A DNA stretch of 64,000 nucleotides from Selaginella moellendorffii. Its lineage: Eukaryota; Plantae; Lycopodiophyta. Where the stretch lies: positions 703,394 to 767,393 of the forward strand of contig NW_003314267.1 in NCBI RefSeq assembly GCF_000143415.4. The letters are read 5' to 3'. A program made the translations under genes and the position numbers. A model generated the notes under the pieces. The model searched no databases and was not told the origin of the DNA. It saw nothing but the letters and a program-made list of their open reading frames with translations. Of this stretch, positions 61,270 to 64,000 are shown in pieces. The first letter of the stretch is position 1; the number at the start of each line of letters is the position of its first letter.

Positions 61270-64000
61270 TTTGACTCTATAACTTTGGCATTAAAGACTG
61301 GCATATGCAAGCAATTAATGGGCCAAAGGCACTTTCACATCACATACTATATTTGAAAGGATCAAATACAAACATATGAGGATTGTCCAATATAAAGAAA
61401 AAGCTACTTTTAAAAAAGGTCACATATTTGGGGAACCTCTCCATATAAATCTTTGCATGGAGTTTGTTAGTTCTTACTAATAGTGGACAACTTTAGTCAC
61501 ATCATTATGGTTTCTTTCCTTAAACAGAAATCAGATGCACTAAAAGCATTTCATGATTAGATCTAGATAAAAGAAAAAGAACTTGATTGATTAATTCACA
61601 TGCGTAGAGTAGATGATGGCTGGGACTTTTCTTAGCAAAATTTAAGACTATCCTAGCTTCACGAAGAATTTCACTCTAGATCTCAGCACTATAAAAACAT
61701 GGCTAGAATGGGCTTGTGGAGAGGAAAATGCTCATAGTTCTTGATATATCCCATGTGATGTTAAATCCTGTGAACACAATTGTTCATATCCAAAACATTC
61801 TTCCCCCCAAGGCAACTTTGAATAAGACACCAAAGGAACTCTAGAATGGTAATAAACCTACACTTTCACTTTTATGGGTGTTTGGTTGTATTGGATACTT
61901 ATAAGTCTCAAATAAAGAATACAGAACAAAGTGGCAAGATCGCTCCATAAGATGTATTATGCTTTGTTACAGTGATACTATCAAAGGTGAATACCACATA
62001 TGGATTTTCAAATAGAAAGAGGTTTTAGTATGCAGGATGGTGTTCTTCAAAGAAATGATTCTAGCATATTCAGTTTCCTCAACAAACAAAATCACCAACT
62101 CTAATTATATTTCACCTTCAAGTCTAACCAAATAGCTTCATGGATGCAATGAATTTCCTAGTACAAAAACATCACTATCACCTTATAGACTGCCACTTCT
62201 TTTAGAACCTCCACCAAAAATCCCACCACTACTGCTGGAGGATATACACTTGGACAACTCCATCATTGAAGGTCATTTACAAATTGGTTTTATGATCGTG
62301 AATGCAGAAAGTACACCAGTTTCTAAAGATGCTCCCGAGTGACAAAATGAAGTTGACAGTGATAGCACAGCTCTAGATCCCACACCTCGACATTCAACAT
62401 GAGCATAGAAGCCTACACAAGCAATTCTATATTCTCATGCATATGCAGCATGGGTACAACGTTTTCATTAGTAAGCCACGATGAGAGCCAAATACACTAC
62501 TCGGTTAGAGAACAATTCTAGGATATTAGTTCTTCCCAAAGAAGTACGTACAGGATTAGCAATTGTGCCATGCAAATAGGTCCACAAACTCAAGTACCAA
62601 GAGACAGATGAGATAGAACGGTATAAAGCACATCTAGTAGCTAAAGGATACAAACAATATGTAGAGATTGATTACCATGAGATTTTCTCACATGTAGTCA
62701 AGATGTTTTTTATATGCAATTGCTAATCCCTTGAATCTGGGCTTAGAGCAGATGGCTATGAAGAATGCATTTTTAAATGGGGAACTTGAACGACTGGTGT
62801 ACATGCATACCACCATGTTTTGAAGTACGAGGAAAAAAACACTATATGTGCGAACTTAAGAGAAAACTTAAGCAATCTCCTAGGATATGGCACAATACAT
62901 TGAATAAATTCTTTTTGACGCTTGGTTTTTCCAGCACAGAAGTAGATTAGAACCTCTACCATTATATTCATGATTCCTTTCTAATTCTGGTCTGTGTCTA
63001 TGTTGATCGTATAGTGGCAGGGAAGACAGAAATTTTAGCATGGCTTAAGGCACAATTATCTCAGAAAGTAAGGATGAAACTTGGGTAAGCTTTCATTCTG
63101 CCTTGCCACAAAATACTACGTGTTCATCAACATATATATATTGTAAACTTTGTAAAAAAGTATCAATAGCTTTTTACACAGCACAATGCTCCTACACTTG
63201 CACTACAATGCTACAAATTATCAAAAGTACATGCTTCACATTTTGAGGGTGAAAAGCAGGAGATGGCAATGCTACCATACCAGAATATAGTTGGAGCACT
63301 CATATACTTAGCCACAGCAAGCTGTCGCGACATAGCAGCAGTAGTCTCTCAAGTATGCCAGTTCATGCAAGATCCAGGGAAGCATGATTGGTATGTGGTG
63401 GAGTGTATCTTCAACGATGTGAAGCAAACAGCAACACTCTACATTGAGTACAAGAGCACAACATCTGGGGAAATTGGATCAGAAGGTGTGATACCTCATG
63501 GTATGGTGGATGCAGATCTGGCAGGAGATCTTGATGATTGATGATTTACAACCAGGTACATTTTTAAGTTTTCTTATCGTGGCACAGTCAGAAGCAAAGA
63601 ATGGTCGCATTATCCACATGTGAGGCAGAGTACAATGCTGTGACAGAAGCAGTGAAGGAAGCACTCTGGATTTGGAGGTTAGTCCGGGATATTGTTTTGT
63701 CGAAGGCAACACAGTGTGTCTACAGGCAGTACACCACCGCAAACAAGCATTTCAACATGCTCCATTACTTCATTCAGGAGTGAGTTGAACAAGAGGAGAT
63801 CTTACTAAAGCACATATCAACAACCAATATGGTTGCTGATCTACTCACAAAAACTATTTTTCCTATCCAACAGTTCGCGAGACTTCGATCCAAGCTAGGC
63901 TACATCAGCCAAGGGGGAGTAAGAAGCATGCGATCAGACCTTCAACCAGAATCTGATCGAAGGGGAGTGTTGGAGTAGGACCGTGATCGAAGGCAAGACT
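61270..64000 (+). mobile_element. Degenerate Ty1/copia retrotransposon (integrase-RT-RNaseH, PPT, start of 3' LTR)
   Basis: LWH*RL, FLKQKSDA, NGLVERK, VFGCIGY, RYKAHLVAKGY, LPYQNIVGALIYLA, VALSTCEAEY. PPT AAGGGGAG, then TGTTGGAG at 63968. Confidence 0.92.

Overview
Eukaryotic plant nuclear DNA. Very short (~50 bp) introns, tight gene packing, expanded PLS-class PPRs and CASP-like genes point to a lycophyte such as Selaginella; this is an inference. Two GC-rich gene islands (1-9.6 kb and 28.1-55.2 kb) alternate with AT-rich, C>T/G>A-eroded repeat blocks (9.6-28.1 kb and 55.3-64 kb), and there is one assembly gap (21893-21992). Genes: CHZ histone chaperone (partial), ARC3, two PPRs, a methyltransferase, two TPR proteins, an LSMT-like SET protein, CGI121, two CASP-like genes, an SCA7/SGF73-like gene with an in-frame stop, EAF7, a secreted tandem-kissper protein, a coiled-coil protein, organellar RPS16, a PSKR-like LRR-RLK, cathepsin B, tRNA-Gln(CTG) and an aberrant tRNA-Ile with a GAT anticodon. 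Mobile DNA: a Ty3/gypsy element with a nested LTR element and an internal inversion, a TA-target MITE and a Ty1/copia relic. Most notable: (i) two decayed copies of an intronless, signal-peptide-bearing spherulin-4/GH135-like gene, a microbial-type family largely missed by the ORF track; (ii) a secreted protein made only of two kissper modules; (iii) a frameshifted secreted PEBP-like gene; (iv) a permuted, inverted chimera of two neighbouring genes. All family assignments are from motif recognition by eye; no searches were run.
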